Assembly: GCF_004010195.1 (NCBI RefSeq)
Contig: NC_057719.1
Span: 79,411,261-79,459,502 of the forward strand
Direction of reading: 5' to 3'
From: Chiloscyllium plagiosum
Taxonomy: Eukaryota
DNA length: 48,242 bases
Shown here: positions 23,738-37,039 of the stretch, in pieces
Layout: each line of letters begins with the position of its first letter
How positions within the stretch are numbered: the stretch's first letter is position 1
The notes under the pieces: generated by a model
Seen by the model: the letters and a program-made list of their open reading frames with translations, nothing else
Database searches by the model: none
What the model was told of the DNA's origin: nothing
Translations under genes and position numbers: made by a program

Positions 23738-25529
23738 GTTGCTTCTGATGTGGAACCAATATCCCTCCAACAGATGGTGACTGAAGCGTGCCGTTCTGCC
23801 CTAGAGGAAATCCAGTCTGACTCAGAGACGGCGTGCAGTACAGAGGAACCCAAGGGGGCAGATGAATCCACAGAGGATGCTGAGGTGGAAGGCAGTGATT
23901 CAGGGAGGGGTGTTGCAGAGTCCACCATGGAATACTCGTTCAGCGAGCCTGGCGAGGAGCCGAAGCACCTCAGCAGCGAAGACTCGACCGACGAGGACGA
24001 GCAGGAGCGCAGCTCACGCAGCATTCTCCCGCCATCGGTGCTGGGCCAGGCCAGCCTCATCGCCGGTCATGTCACCAACAGCCGATCGCGCCGCAACAGC
24101 TTGGCGGCGGACGACGGCCGCTCCCAAGGCTGCCCGACACCGAAGATAACAAGCAGACAAAGCAGCCTGGAGTGCGGGGACAAACTACCATGGAACAGCG
24201 GCGCCTTCAGCCCTAGCGACGACTCCCAAGGGAGCGTCTGTCAAGCCAACGTTGGCCAGGAGAAGCACCTCGACGAGCCTAAACCCAGCAGCCCGGAGGA
24301 CGCGCCGGGAGAGGCAGACCGGAACATTCCGCGGAGAAGGGACTCCACCTTGTCCCGCCAGGACCGCCTGCTCATTGAGAAGATTAAGAGTTACTATGAC
24401 AATGCGGAGCACGAGGATGCCAACTTCAGCATTAGACGGCGAGAGAGCCTGTCCTACATCCCGGCAGGCTTAGTCAGGAGCTCTGTCTCCAAGTTGAATA
24501 GCCAAAACAAGGAAGAGGACTTGCGAGAGGCCACGCTGAGGAGACGGTTGGCTGCTTCCAGTGGTGAGCCACTGCCCCACGGTTTGCTGAACCTTCCAGA
24601 TCCCAAACCCCAACGAGGTTCCCGCTCCCCTTCTCCGGAATCGGAAGCCCAGCAGCCAGAGCACGACCATCCTGCGGAAGATGGTCTGCCTTTGGACTTC
24701 CCGAGGGAAACCGCCCCCATTTCCCAGGACCCAATCACCGATGGTGAATTCCAGTCATCTGCGGACATGGTCAAAGTCTGGGAAGAGATGGAAAGAGTAG
24801 CGGACGCTGCGGCAGAGCCTCGCGAGAGGACGGAGCAGAGAGACGAGACAATGCTGAGGCCCAAGGTCTGTGACCGTACCTCTGAGATGAGAGAAGCTGC
24901 ACACCCTGCACAATGCCAAATAAAACAGCTCAGCAACGGCAGAATTATTTTTGGCCTTGATTTCAGCGAGCCATTGGTTATTGTGGAAGACAGTGACCTA
25001 AGTGCCATAAAGGAAGAGTCACCCCTTTCTTCTCCAGCTAGGTTCACTCATGAAAGTGGGTTACAAAGAAGGCCGAGTGGGGAATCTCAACGCAGTGACA
25101 GTAACCACGAGGGTGAAGTGCTGTCTGTCCTAACATCTGCTCCATTGGCTCAAGGACCGTTGTGCATCCAACCGGCCAAGTGCTCGGAGACCGAGAGCAA
25201 AACCTCACCACCGCAACCACCTGACACCAGCTCCAACCTAACTGTTAAGAGGCAGGACCATCCAGCGCAAGGCACCAGAGCAACCATAGCCCAGGCAGGC
25301 TCGAGGGTCGAGAGTGAAGAGTTACTGAGAGAGGTGACGGAGAAGGTGAAGACCAAGGTCTACCAACTGGCCAGGATATACAGTCAACGGATTAAGAATA
25401 ACAAGCCAGTGGTCCGAAAGAGAGCCCAGTGCATAGAAGAGGAGCAATTGAGCAACAAGGCAGAAAGGGGGAGTGAACTGTCCAAGGTGCCTTATCTCCA
25501 GAAGGACAAAAAGGATAAGGTTGTTGGCG
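23738..25529 (+). CDS. PLEKHG3: PLEKHG3 large penultimate coding exon (1792 nt)
   Basis: ttctcag|GTT in frame with ORF 23750..25609. Motifs SILPPSVLGQASLIA, DRLLIEKIKSYYDNAEH, RRRESLSYIP.GLVR and KVYQLAR.YS.RIK.NKPV are characteristic of PLEKHG3. Donor GCG|gtgggt is the phase-1 site needed to join 27301. Confidence 0.93.
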
Positions 25530-25849
25530 GTGGGTGCATTTCCATTATTTTCATGCTTACTGTCTGTAGACACCTCATGTCTGTTCATTTTATTAACACT
25601 AACAATTAAAATAGGATCTCTGCAGTAAATAGCAGTAAAATATGCATTTGCAAACAACAACTTATATAATAGACCGAGGGACCAAAACCTTGGCTAAAGA
25701 GAGAGATTTTGTAGTCGAATGTTTAGGGATGGTATTCCAGAGCTTAGCTCGAGGCAGTTGAAGACTGCTGCCAATGTTTGAGTGATGGAAATTGGAGGAG
25801 GCTAGAGGATTGTGTGGCTGGAATTGTTTAGAGATGGGGTGATTTGTTT

Positions 25850-26145
25850 TTTATTCATTCATGGGAGGTGGGCATAGTTGACTAAGCCAGCACTTAGTGC
25901 CCAACCTAATTGACTGGAGGGGAATTGAGACCACATTGCTGTGGGTCTGGAGTCACGTGTAGGCCAGACCATGTAAGGATGGTCCCGAAAGGACATTAGT
26001 GAACCTGATGGTTTTTTCTGACAATCGATAATGGCTTCATGGTGATCACGAGACTCTTCAATCCAGATTAGTTTGTGAATTCAGATTTCACCATTCTCCC
26101 TGCTCGGGTTTGACCCCTGAACTTTACCTGGATTATTGTCTCATG
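25850..26145 (-). mobile_element. Second tRNA-derived SINE family (related copies near 31575-31860, 11360-11500, 16905-17070)
   Basis: Shared block ctggagtcacgtgtaggccagacc..gtaaggatgg...tagtgaacc.gatg, ending in a reverse B-box (gggtttgacccc). Confidence 0.55.
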
Positions 26146-26635
26146 GTAATACTATGAAGCCAACAGGTTTGAGAACACGAAGTGATTTGAACACCCTAAT
26201 GAGGATTTTAAAATTAAGGCACTGCTGAGCCGAGCTGATGTAGACCAGTGAGCACTGGGTGAACAAGACTTGGGAAGTAGAGTTGTGGCTGAGTAAACTA
26301 AAGTCCATCCATCTGTTGAATATGGACTCCATCAGTTCTAGCAGCTGTACCTTCACCTACTTCTCTGGATCACCTTCCTAAGCTATGCCACCTCACTACT
26401 ACCATCTCCTTCTATTAGACACGCCTTAAAACCTGCTTCTACCAATTGTGTGTGAGCATGCATTGGAACCCATACAATTCAAGGATATCTGAAATCTCGC
26501 CAATCTGGCAAGGGTCAGTCATTTGCAGTAGAATAATTTTGTCCACATTATCAACTATACAAAAATGTCAGAAGGTGTGTAATAGTCAGCTGGCTAATTG
26601 ATCCTACCTGGACTATTGTTGCTGGACTTGTCAAG

Positions 26636-26965
26636 GGTGGCTCAGTGTTTAGCACTGCTGCCTTACAGCGTCAAGGTCCTGGGTTCAATTCCACCCCGGG
26701 CGACTGTCTGTGCAGAGCTAGCACATTCTCTCTGTGTCTGTGTGGGTTTCCTCCAGGCGCTCCGGTTGCCCCTCACAGTCCAAAGGCGTGTAGGTTAGGT
26801 GGATTGGCTGTGCTAAATTGCAAGTAGTGTGCAAGCTAGGTGGGTTAGCCATGGGAAATGCAGGCTTACAAGGATAAGGTAGGGGGGTGGGTCTGGGTGT
26901 GATGCTCTTCAGATGGTCAGTGTGAAGAGCCCAATGGCCTCCTTCCACACTAGAGGGATTCTATG
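26636..26965 (+). mobile_element. HE1-type SINE
   Basis: ggtggctcagtgtttagcactgctgcc...gggttcaattcc...gggattctatg. Confidence 0.85.
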
Positions 26966-27300
26966 TCCTCCTTTCCTCATCTCCCCTAGACCTTTTCAAG
27001 TGTCTGTGTTCAGATTATTGAACCCTCCTTCGAGTATAAACAGCTTCTACTTATTTAATCTATTAAAAACACTTTTATAATTTTGAAACATCTCTATTAC
27101 AGTTCCCCTCCCCTCTCCCAGGTCCAATCCCATCATCTTGAGCATTTCCACTAATTGAAATCCCACATCATGGTAAATCCCCACTACGCCTTCTCTGAAA
27201 ACCATTCAGTACATGGAAGCTTAGGATTTTGAAGAAGTCAGTGGTTTGTGAGCAAAAACGTATCCTTTTTACTAACTTGCTTCTCTTTCCACTCCCCCAG

Positions 27301-28448
27301 CAGATCAATCAAAGATGGCAATGTCTCTGCCATTCTATGAACATGTCATTATTCAGGAGCAAGTGCCATTGGCACCGTTGATGGAGGAGCCCAATGCCCT
27401 GCCTCTGAGCAAGGACTCGCAATCACCCCTTGCATCTTCCAGCAGGATCCCATCCCCTCGACGTTCTGTCGTCAGCCCGAACTTAACATCCCCAGTGAGG
27501 TCCCATTCTAGGAGCCCCCTGAGCCCGACTGAAATGGAAACCTTCCTGTGGCCCGACGTTCGGGAACTCTGCTCCAAGTATGCCGCCGTGGACGCTCAGT
27601 TTGCGAGAAATTCTATGCAGAGGCCAGCCGGAGCGAGCCCTGTGAGGATGGCTGAGAGTGGCCACCCCAAAATGAGCCGAGTTGCCAAGAGTATGTCCAT
27701 GCCCAATGGGATGATGGAAGGCAGACTGTCCCACACCGGTTCTTCGGAACGAGAGGACAAGTCCAAAGCTGGCCACTGCCAATCCGGTGCAAAATCTCAG
27801 CCGCCGAGGGTAACTTCCAGCATGGGGGCCAGGAAACAGTTGCATTCTGACTCTTCCATCCAGTACCTTATACAGGCGACCCCTGAAGGTTCTTTCAGGA
27901 ACCACACGGCCCGCTCGAGGACTGCGTCTTCGGACTGCAGGTGCACTGAGCACAGTTCCAGTTCGGATTGTAAGCACTGTCACTTTATGAGAGACGCTGA
28001 AGGCGCTCATTACGTTTCCTCAGAGTTTACCCTGCAAGACCAGCAGGTCGTCGTCATGGAGAAATTGTCATGCGATGGGGACGATCTGAGCAGTCATAGG
28101 AACGAGCAGACCGTGAAAGAGAGGAGCGGCAGCGGAGAGGGCTACGTCCAGATCAGGTCTCCAACATCGCACGAGAAGATCTCCATCCGGGCAGTGGTGG
28201 AAAGGTGCAGGGCCTACCATGAGTCAGAGGAGTATAAGATCAGGCAAGAGAGTGAAGCAAAGAGCTGGAGGCCAGGAACTACCAAGACTCGAGCTTCTGT
28301 GGGAGCTGAGAAGGAAGTCTCCTCGAACAAACAACAGGCAGAACCCAGAAAGGAGATGAGCCAGCTCCACAGGAGGACAGACCTGGGCCAACATGGCCTG
28401 GTGAAGAACCTGAGAGACAAGTTTCAGAGCCTGAGTTCGGCCAGGTAA
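27301..28448 (+). CDS. PLEKHG3: PLEKHG3 last coding exon, ending in TAA
   Basis: Branch point actaac (27271-27276), pyrimidine tract, then cccccag|CAG. Contains ORF 27315..28448 with SPLSPTE.ETF.WPDVRELCSKYA and VKNLRDKFQSL, matching the PLEKHG3 C-terminus. Confidence 0.93.
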
Positions 28449-28639
28449 ACTCGCACTGGCTTTGTTCTCAAATGCTTCTTAGCTATCAAACCACTGTACC
28501 CGGTCAAATGGATGTAAAAAATTATTCAAGGTTGGTATTTTGTTTTTGGAGAAGGGGCCCAGAACTTTCACTGAAATGTCTAGAACCTGAAACTAGTAAC
28601 TGGTGTCTCAGTGCTTAGCCAGTTTATTTATCAAACCTC

Positions 28640-28645
28640 AATAAA
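28640..28645 (+). promoter_or_regulatory. Candidate proximal polyadenylation signal of PLEKHG3 (AATAAA)
   Basis: First AATAAA noticed after the stop, about 190 nt downstream, with U-rich sequence following. More distal signals (e.g. 35708-35713) are also possible. Confidence 0.4.
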
Positions 28646-29699
28646 TTTATAATTGAACTGATCTTCATTTTGTGCCCACTGATGTTAATTTAAGTTAAGC
28701 TGTCTCTTTAAATTGCTACATTCCCTTTTCTGGCTATTTCAGTCCACACAATGACCATCCATTCAAATTTGAGACACCTCTATGAATATGTGACCCTCCA
28801 TCTGTATGCTGATCAACTTCTGTTCTTCCAGAAAGGGGTTTTCTATTTTCCCACTTCTCCATGTTTTTAAGAATCCAGTTTCCTCCGGTACCTCACTGTT
28901 CCCTACTACTTTAAACTCTCCTGACCTGCAAGTCTCCGCGATGTCTGTTTTCCTTTGCATGCCTCTTGCGCAACTTTGGAGTTAATCACTTCACAATTGG
29001 AAACTGTGCCTTCAACTCTGGAATTCCTGTCCCTAAGCCTTTTTGCCTTTTCCTCTTTTTAAGACACCCATTAAAACCCTAACTCTCTAACCAAGCTTTT
29101 GATCTCCTGTCCTAATATATCTTTGTGTACAGTGCCAAATTATGTTTGATAACCCCATTGAGAAAAGTTGAGAGTTGTGGAATGTTTTACAATGTTACAA
29201 GTGCTGCATAAATGCATGTTGTTGACTTGTAGTATTCAGTGCCCTGTGAACTCATTGATTAGGCTGCTTGAGTAGCCCTCCCTGAGGTTGCTGTACTGTG
29301 CAAAGTGTTCAGCTTGGATGCCTCACTCTGTGTTGGCTTAGCTGATCTCAAGCGTGGATGTTTTAACTGGTTTCAGTACGGTCCAAGCTTTGGAGAATAC
29401 AGACTAGCTTAGGATTTCTGCCCAGTTTGGACAGCAAAGGCAGGTTATAAACTGAGGGTAGGGATCACCCCAAATTGTGCTGGCCTCACTGTCAAATAGC
29501 TAGACCTGACTACATCGCTACTTCAGTTCAGGCCATCTCTTTCCCATGTCCCAATATAGCCTTACGGTTGAGGAGAGAAACTGGGCTGGGTTAATAATTA
29601 AGGGATATTTATCCAAGCAATTTAAAGTTGGCGGGGGAAGAAAAGACAGGCCTTGCATTTAAATTGGTTTGTTGACACCTACTGGAGGCTTACAGTCAA

Positions 29700-30030
29700 C
29701 CAGTTTTTATTATCATTCCAGTCAGCTGTAATTGTGAGAAAAAAAGCAGGATCCCACATCCAGCAACATGATAATGATCAGATAATCATGAAGCTGATTG
29801 ATTTATATTCACCAAGACACCAGGGAGAACCCACTTTCCTTGAATAATGATGTTAGATCTTCCAAGGCCACAGAGGGTAGACTGAAGCACAATATTTCTT
29901 AAGTACAACATCTCTGACAATGTGCCACTCTCTCAGGTTGCATTGGGAGAGACTGTCTGCATTTTGCGGTCCAGCCTCTGGAGTGGGATTTGATCCAATG
30001 ACTAGGGGTAAGAGTGCTACTGAGCCACAG
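29700..30030 (-). mobile_element. Ancient Deu-SINE-like copy
   Basis: Similar to 7335-7720, including the tRNA-like head remnant agagtgctactgagccacagc. Confidence 0.5.
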
Positions 30031-30669
30031 CCGATACCTACAAAGTTTGGAAATGCCAAGGTTTTTCAGTCCGGTTCTACATCTGATGTGACTGTAAGTT
30101 GGTGGGGCCTGGTGGTCACCTGTTGAGGCTCTCAGGTGTGAGCACTGGAGGTTGCCTGGCACTATATTGTGGCAACATGTGTAGATTGTATGAGACTACT
30201 AGCTTCAATCTCACTGTCCCTCTTACTGTCCTGGAGAACCTGTATGAAAGATTCAGATGTTTGGTTGTCACTTGATTCTGCCATGCCGGGGCCTCTTAAG
30301 ATGGTTGTGTTGACCTCTTGCTTGCTCATTGGATACCTTGACATAACCACTGTGCTTTTGGCAAAAACTATAACATCTCCACAATGGCCACAATATCTAT
30401 TGACATAGTTTTAAATAAATGTATCAATTCGTATTTAAGTGTGACCATTTTGAACTGTGTTGCTTGTAAATAAGCGAAAGAGATTGCAAATTAATTGGTC
30501 GCATTGGTTGAATTTGAAAGGGGTGCAGGTAAATCAATTGACACTTAAAGTCCCTTTTCCCCCCTGAGAGCTGCATAGATGCCACAGTAATCCTTGAGGT
30601 GACCAGAAAGTTGGGAAGGACAGAAATCGGACTTGATTGTCACTCCTGAGTAATGAGATGTTGGAAAAG

Positions 30670-31205
30670 TGAGAGTATTGTGTGCAATTCTGGTCTCCTT
30701 CCCATCGGAAAGATGTTGTGAAACTTGAAAGGGTTCAGAAAAGATTTACAAGGATGTTGCCAGGGTTGGAGGATTTGAGCCATAGGGAGAGGCTGAACAG
30801 GGTGAGGCTGTTTTCCCTGGAGCCTCTGAGGCTGAGGGGTGACCTTATCAAGGTTTACAAAATTGAGAGGCATGGATAAGATAAATAGACAAACTATTTT
30901 CCATGGGGTCAGGGAGTCCAGAAATAGAGGGCATAGGTTTAGGGTGAGAGGGGAAAGATATAAAAGAGACCTACGGGGCAACTTTTTCACACAGAGGGTG
31001 GAATGAGCTGCCAGAAGAAGTGGTGGAGGCTAATACAATTGCAACATTTAAGAGGCGTTTGGATGGGTTTATGAATAGGAAGGGTTTGGAGGGATATGGG
31101 CCAAGTGCTGGCAGGTGGGACTAGATTGGGTTGGGGTATCTGGTCGGGATGGACGTGTTGGACCGAAGGGTCTGTTTCCACGCTGTACATCTCTATGACT
31201 CTATA
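30670..31205 (+). mobile_element. CR1-clade LINE 3' fragment
   Basis: ORF QFWSPSHRKDVVKLERVQKRFTRMLPGL...LRGDLIKVYK, with a ctctatgactctat tail. Confidence 0.88.
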
Positions 31206-32204
31206 TGGATGAGGAGAGCACAGTTGCAGCTGTGATGGCCCTCATTTGTCTACCCTGAATCCATCTTTAGATATTGACTGTGTGGGCTCCCTGCTGAGGA
31301 ATGATGTATGGCAGAAACTGATACTTACAGGAGAGGAAAAGGGAGAATGATTTGTCAAAAATATAATCCACAGTATGGAGGGGAGGAATATTCATTGTGG
31401 TTGCGATGTGATTTTGTATTTGTATCAAAAGTGTTATCACACACTCCTTAATCCAGGGATGTCCTGTTAACACCAACAAGATATGGTGGTCTGGTTGAAT
31501 CTCTTGGACCTACCCAGAGTTGAGAGCTGAGCAATCCAACACAATGTTTTTAAAACTTGGGTTGTAGGGACTGCTTGGGCTAGAGCAGCATTTGTTGACC
31601 ATCCCTTAGTTGCCATTGAACTGATTGGCTGTTATGAGTCAACCATTTTGCTAGTGGGACTGGCGTCACATGTTGGCCAAACCGGATAAGGATGGCAAAC
31701 CTCCTTTCCCCACGGGGTATTACTGAACCAGATGAATTTTTAAGCCAACCAGCAATGCTTACATTGACTAATTTCAAATTTCATTGAATTCATCTGCCAT
31801 GGTGAGATTTGAACCCGCAATATCATTCTGGATTATCATCCAGAGGTACCACTGTCCCACTGATTTTCCCTAAATTCTGTCACCTATTCCTGGTGTGACA
31901 TACCTACAGGACATTCACACATACAGTGGATGTAGTAATGGATTGTTCAAGCCTCCAAGATTGCTCTCAAACCCTAGGAATTAAATATCAATCCCCCAGT
32001 CTAAAGCCGCGAGTAAACCTAATAGCAAAAGGAAAAGTCATACAGGAATTTAAAAATCTGTTTTAAAAATAATCTCCAAAAGCTTCTGTTGCTTGGTTCT
32101 AAAAGAAAATTGAACATGAGTCTGGGAAGATCATTCAATTGGGTAATAATGACAAGTGTTCACTTTCTATTTGGGGTAGTAAAATGGTTGGGAGACTTTG
32201 GTAG

Positions 32205-33190
32205 TGAGCATAATAGGAATATAGGAGCAGGAGTTGGCCATTCAACCCATTCACTCTGTACTGGAATTCAAGGGTGGTGTGTGTATGGAATGAGCTACCC
32301 GAGGAAGTGGTGGAGGCTGGTACAATTACAACATTTAAAAGGCATCTGGATGGTATACGAATAGGAAGGGTTTAGAGGGGAGATGGACCAAATGCTGGCA
32401 AAGGGTACTAAGATTAGGCTAGGATATTTGGTCCGCATGGATGAGTTGGACCGAAGGGTCTGTTTCTGTGCTGTACACCTCTACGCCTCTAATTAATAGT
32501 GGCCAATCATCATCTTCCATGCCACTACCCTGCACTATCTCCATATCCTTTGGTATAATTAATCTCCTGCAATCTATCAATCTCTCTTGAATATGCCCAA
32601 TAATTAAGCTTCCTTGGCCAATGGGATAGGGAACCCCAAAGATTCACCACCTTTCCAATGAAGAAATTCTTCTTCATTTTAAAAAGTCCTACCCCTTATT
32701 CTGAGACTATGCGCCTGAATCTAGGTTCACTATCCAGGGAAACGTTTACTCAGTCACACCCTGTTGAAGAATTTTCTAAGTTTCAATGAGGTCACGTCTC
32801 ATTCTCTGAATCGCGAGAGAATACAGGCCCAATTGCTTCAGTCTCCCCTCCATAAAACAGTCCTGCCATTCCAGAGATTAGTTTGGTGAACCTTTTTTCC
32901 CTATGGCAAATATATTCTTCCATGGCTAAGGAGATCAAAACTGCACACAGTACTCAGTCGACGGCTCACCCAGTCTATATAGTTTCAACAAAACATCTTT
33001 AATTCTGTACTCAAAACCCCTTTGATGAAGGCTAAAACCTTACTTCCCCTCCTAACTGCACCTGCCAGTTAGCTCTTGGTGACTCTTGAACAAAAACAAA
33101 AAATACCTTTTGGATGCATGCACTCTCACCCTCTTATCATTTAAGAAATAATCTGTCCTTCTATTTCATTTCTACCAAAGTGGATAACTT
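32205..33190. mobile_element. Old minus-strand CR1 fragment with a younger plus-strand CR1 3' end (about 32270-32490) nested inside
   Basis: 32270-32490 aligns with 30995-31200. The flanking sequence begins with a cataataggaatataggagcaggag reverse tail. Confidence 0.65.
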
Positions 33191-33200
33191 AACACTTTTA

Positions 33201-33507
33201 AGATTAGATTAAGTTACCTACAATATGGAAACAGGCCCTTCGGCCCACTAGTCCACACCGACCCTCCAAACAGTAACCCAGCCTGGTCCATTCCCCTACA
33301 TTTACACCTGACTCATGCACCTAACACTAATTTTAGCATGGCCAATTCACCTGGCCCACATCTTTGGACTGTGGGAGGAAACCGGAGCACCCGGAGGAAA
33401 CCCACGCAGACACTGGGAGAATGTGCAAATTCCACACAGACAGTCGTGTGATACTGGAATCGAACCCAGGTCCCTGGCGCTGAGAGGCAGCAGTGCTAAC
33501 CACTGAG
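33201..33507 (-). mobile_element. HE1-type SINE
   Basis: Reverse complement of the same head and core, with an agattagatt tail. Confidence 0.85.
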
Positions 33508-34939
33508 AGGAATTTCACCATAGGAAGCCACTCAGCCCATCAAATCCATTTCATGTGATGAAATTTCCAGAAATATGGCGTTCGGAATCCTTAATGGTTG
33601 ATGGACAATTGGGAAAGAGTTGCAAGTTAATATTTGAACCATGTATTAGAGACAAGACGGATATGGTTTGGAAACGGCAGTAGGACAGCAAAGGGGAATT
33701 ATGAGCAATAAAGCAGTAAGTCAAACATTTCACACCCTTGACCATATGGACTATGTGTTTTCAGATAAGTGATTAAACCAGTGGTGTGCCGGTCCAAGAG
33801 TAATTTGCAGAAACAAGTCATGGTTGCTGACTCTGTGTGTTTTCAAACAGAACCTAGATTTGTGTTCTATACTATACATCAATACCATAGAGACTCTCTG
33901 TGACCGTGAGAGTAGTAGATGAACTAATGACAGCATCAGAATTTTGATGGTGACATTGCACAGTCTGAGCAAGTCACAACCCAATACCTGTCACTAGGGT
34001 TAAGTGGAAGTGTAGGACAATCTCAATGTAAATATTGGAAGATGATTCAGATTTATGCTGAAGCCTCGATGATTGCAACACTCTGCTTACAACGTCACAC
34101 CCAATGGCCTGTACAAGCCAGAACTCAGCCAAAACATTACTACCCATGTCCTGAATCACACCAAGCTACATTCAATTTCACCCATGTGCTCACTTGGCTG
34201 TATCCTCACACTGCAGCAACACCTTAATTTTCAAATTCCTTTGTTGCCTCACACCTATTATTGTAACAGTCTGTCCTACGGTCAAGATCTAAACATTCCT
34301 CCAATTCTCATCTTGTTGATTTTGTTTTTATTTTGCTATTGTCAATTGACACCTTCAGCTGGCTAGTTCCTCACCCCTCAACTTCCCTCCTCAAACCCCT
34401 CTAGCTCTGCACTCTCTCCAAGAAACTCCTCCAAAAGCTATGTTTGTCAGCTGATTCATTTTGTTGGCTAGCGCCAAATCTCATTTGTTAATTTTTGTCA
34501 TGTGGGGCATTTTGCTAAGTTTAAAGACCGGCTGTAAATGCAAAATTGCTGTTGATTCACCATTCCCCACTTCAGTACATCTGTAAGGACAACATTACCT
34601 ATTCCATGAGATATTTTGTAGAACTGTCTTCATGCAGTGATCGACAGTTTAAAACAACTGATTTATTGGATTATTTATGAACAATTAACTTTGGGATGTG
34701 GGAACTTTTATTCATCTGGAAAAAAAAATAGGTAATTCTGATGTTTGTAAGTAAATAATTTTGTTTTTGTAGCTACCTTTTAGTTGAATACGTGGTATTG
34801 TCCACAAGTATGACTCAATTACTGTACTTTGTCAGGGAGGTGCACTGATACCTGGTTAACCATGAGAATGATAAATTTGGATCACAGCAGCATGCTCCAT
34901 GATAACGTGACAACCCAAAACTCTTTACAGCCTACGAGA

Positions 34940-35250
34940 GACCTTTTGAAGATCAGTAACTATGGTAAAGTAGGAACTGAAGCAGCTAATTTGCACACAC
35001 CAAAATTCACTAACCACAATTGAATGATCTTTTATATTTTTATTGGCTCTCTCTCTCTCTCTCATATAAAGGCAGGGACGTGGGGAAAATTCTCTTGGTC
35101 CCTGTTTAATATACAAGAAGGCACTCTGACAATGTAGCAGCTCTTCAGATCTGCATTGGAGTGAAAGCCTGGATTTTGATGTACCAGTCTCTGGACTGGG
35201 GCACAAACACACAACCCTTAGACTTGAGGGGTAAATAATTCCACTGAGCT
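34940..35250 (-). mobile_element. Ancient Deu-SINE-like copy
   Basis: agcagctaatttgcacac...ggcactctgacaatgtagcagctc...ccactgagct. Confidence 0.5.
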
Positions 35251-36658
35251 CCTGCTGATGGATTTCAATCCCTCTGCTTTCATCTGGTCTGGAATACCAA
35301 ATCTAAACACTAATCCCTCTTTTGGGATTGTCCTCAAATACCCACTTCATGTCTGATAATTCACATGTCAAGGGAAAGTGCAATAACTGCAATGCTTTTG
35401 AGATCTGTTGCCATCCTAGACCACTGTGTTATGTCCTTCAATGCACAGAGTGGCTTTGAAGTTGGCTTAAATACCAGCATATCAGTACACTTAAATGTAC
35501 ATCATCATGTTTGTACACAAGTTAATCTACTCAATTTACCTTCATTGTTTGCTTCACTATCCCAGATTTAATCAATTTGTAATGTCCTGAGAGTGACTAC
35601 TTGAGCATGCAGTCCCCAATAAACTAAAACAGCAGAAGTACTTTTGTTACAGCCTGGCGAGAATAGGAGAAATGGTTCCCCTCTTTCTTTGCCTTGCAGT
35701 TTACTGCAATAAAAGGAATTTTGTCAATTTAGCGAATGGCTTTCCTCTAAGCTTTTTAAGAGTAAAGCAAATATTGTTACCACGTGATTAAAAACTCCAC
35801 CTCTCACATACACCAAACTAAGTTACAAGGAGGGCAGGAAAATCAATTCATCGGAGAGTCTAAATACGGTTCTGTAGGTTGGTGTAATGGATAGTTGCAG
35901 GTTGTGTTCAGTGAACGTGTTGATGTAAAGTATTGGCTGATAATATCTACCTTTTCCCTCTGAGGCCAGCAGCTTTTTGATTAATGTTGAAGATACTGCC
36001 TGGTTCACGTTTATAGATTGACTGGAGAGATACAGGGGCTTTTGTTACATACTGATAGTAAGTTATTCTTTGCTAAAAGGAGTTTTTCAGAATCTCACTA
36101 TCTCCAGAGTCTCCAATTAGAAACTAGATAGTTACTAAATATGGTCACAGCAAGCTGGGAACCCTCACTCTGGTTCCTTGGTAATTTTCAAAGTGAGATG
36201 ATGTGAATGTTTGGCGACTTTGAGAACTGCCTTTTAAGGTGACTTAAAAAGATAACAGCAAGAATGAAATTTTAAAAATAAATTCCTTCATAAATTTCAC
36301 TTTTGATATGAAATGTGGTTTTGCAACACCCTTATTTCATGAAAAAAGTATATTTTAAAAGGAAGCTGGCAAATTTAAAATACATCCAGATGTTAAAAGT
36401 ACAGATGCAGTTGGCTATTTTTGGACCCATCCAATTTTCTGCTCCATCTCCTGATCACTTAACAGGTAAGAAAACACTTGCATTTCTTCAGGTTCTGCTT
36501 ATTTTATACACAAAGTAGGAACATTGTTGTAATAGAGGAAATAAGATAGTCAATTTCCACTTAGCACAATCTCACAGACAGTAATAAGGAGCAGGAAATA
36601 TCATCTTCCTGAAAGAGGAAACATTAGCCCCCCCTGCTCCTCTTTGTACAGTGCTGTA

Positions 36659-36778
36659 GGGGGCCTCTCGTGGCACAGTGATAGTGTCCCTGCCCCTAGA
36701 TCAGGAGGCCCTGGTTCAAGTCCAACCTCCTCAAGAGAGGTTTTAGAATATCTCTGAACAAGTAGATTAGAAAATATC
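36659..36778 (+). mobile_element. Short tRNA-derived SINE (related partial copy near 6265-6340)
   Basis: A-box-like gtggcacagtgatag, B-box-like ggttcaagtcc, and a tail atctctgaacaagtagattagaaa shared with the copy near 6300. Confidence 0.5.
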
Positions 36779-36915
36779 TTGAATGGTGCAGTGTCCACTT
36801 CAGCAGGTGCAGGGAAAGACAGCATTCCTCTCTTATTGCAATCCTCAGTATCATACTAAGCACCAGTGAGCATAAATCTCTGCACAGTGAATCAAAGAAC
36901 CTCGCATTTCAAACC

Positions 36916-36945
36916 GGGGGGGGGGGGGGGGGGGGGGGGAGGGGG
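36916..36945 (+). repeat. Poly-G tract (G24-A-G5)
   Basis: Directly visible. A second G run lies at about 41061-41078. Confidence 0.9.
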
Positions 36946-37039
36946 CATTAAGATTGCTATGCACTGAGCCACAACTTGAACACATTATCCAAAAATAATC
37001 TCTCAGTAATAAAAATGATTCAGTCTTTTTGTTTTGCAA

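Noticed and set aside
23734..25660. Multiple antisense and alternate-frame ORFs (up to 197 aa) overlapping the large exon
   Set aside because: Shadow ORFs expected in GC-rich coding sequence; no recognisable motifs or splice structure.
27353..28420. Antisense ORFs (74, 175, 68 aa) over the last PLEKHG3 exon
   Set aside because: Same shadow effect; the + frame carries the conserved motifs.
23750..28448. Treating the 619-aa and 377-aa ORFs as two independent genes
   Set aside because: Both have splice acceptors just upstream and join in frame as consecutive PLEKHG3 exons.
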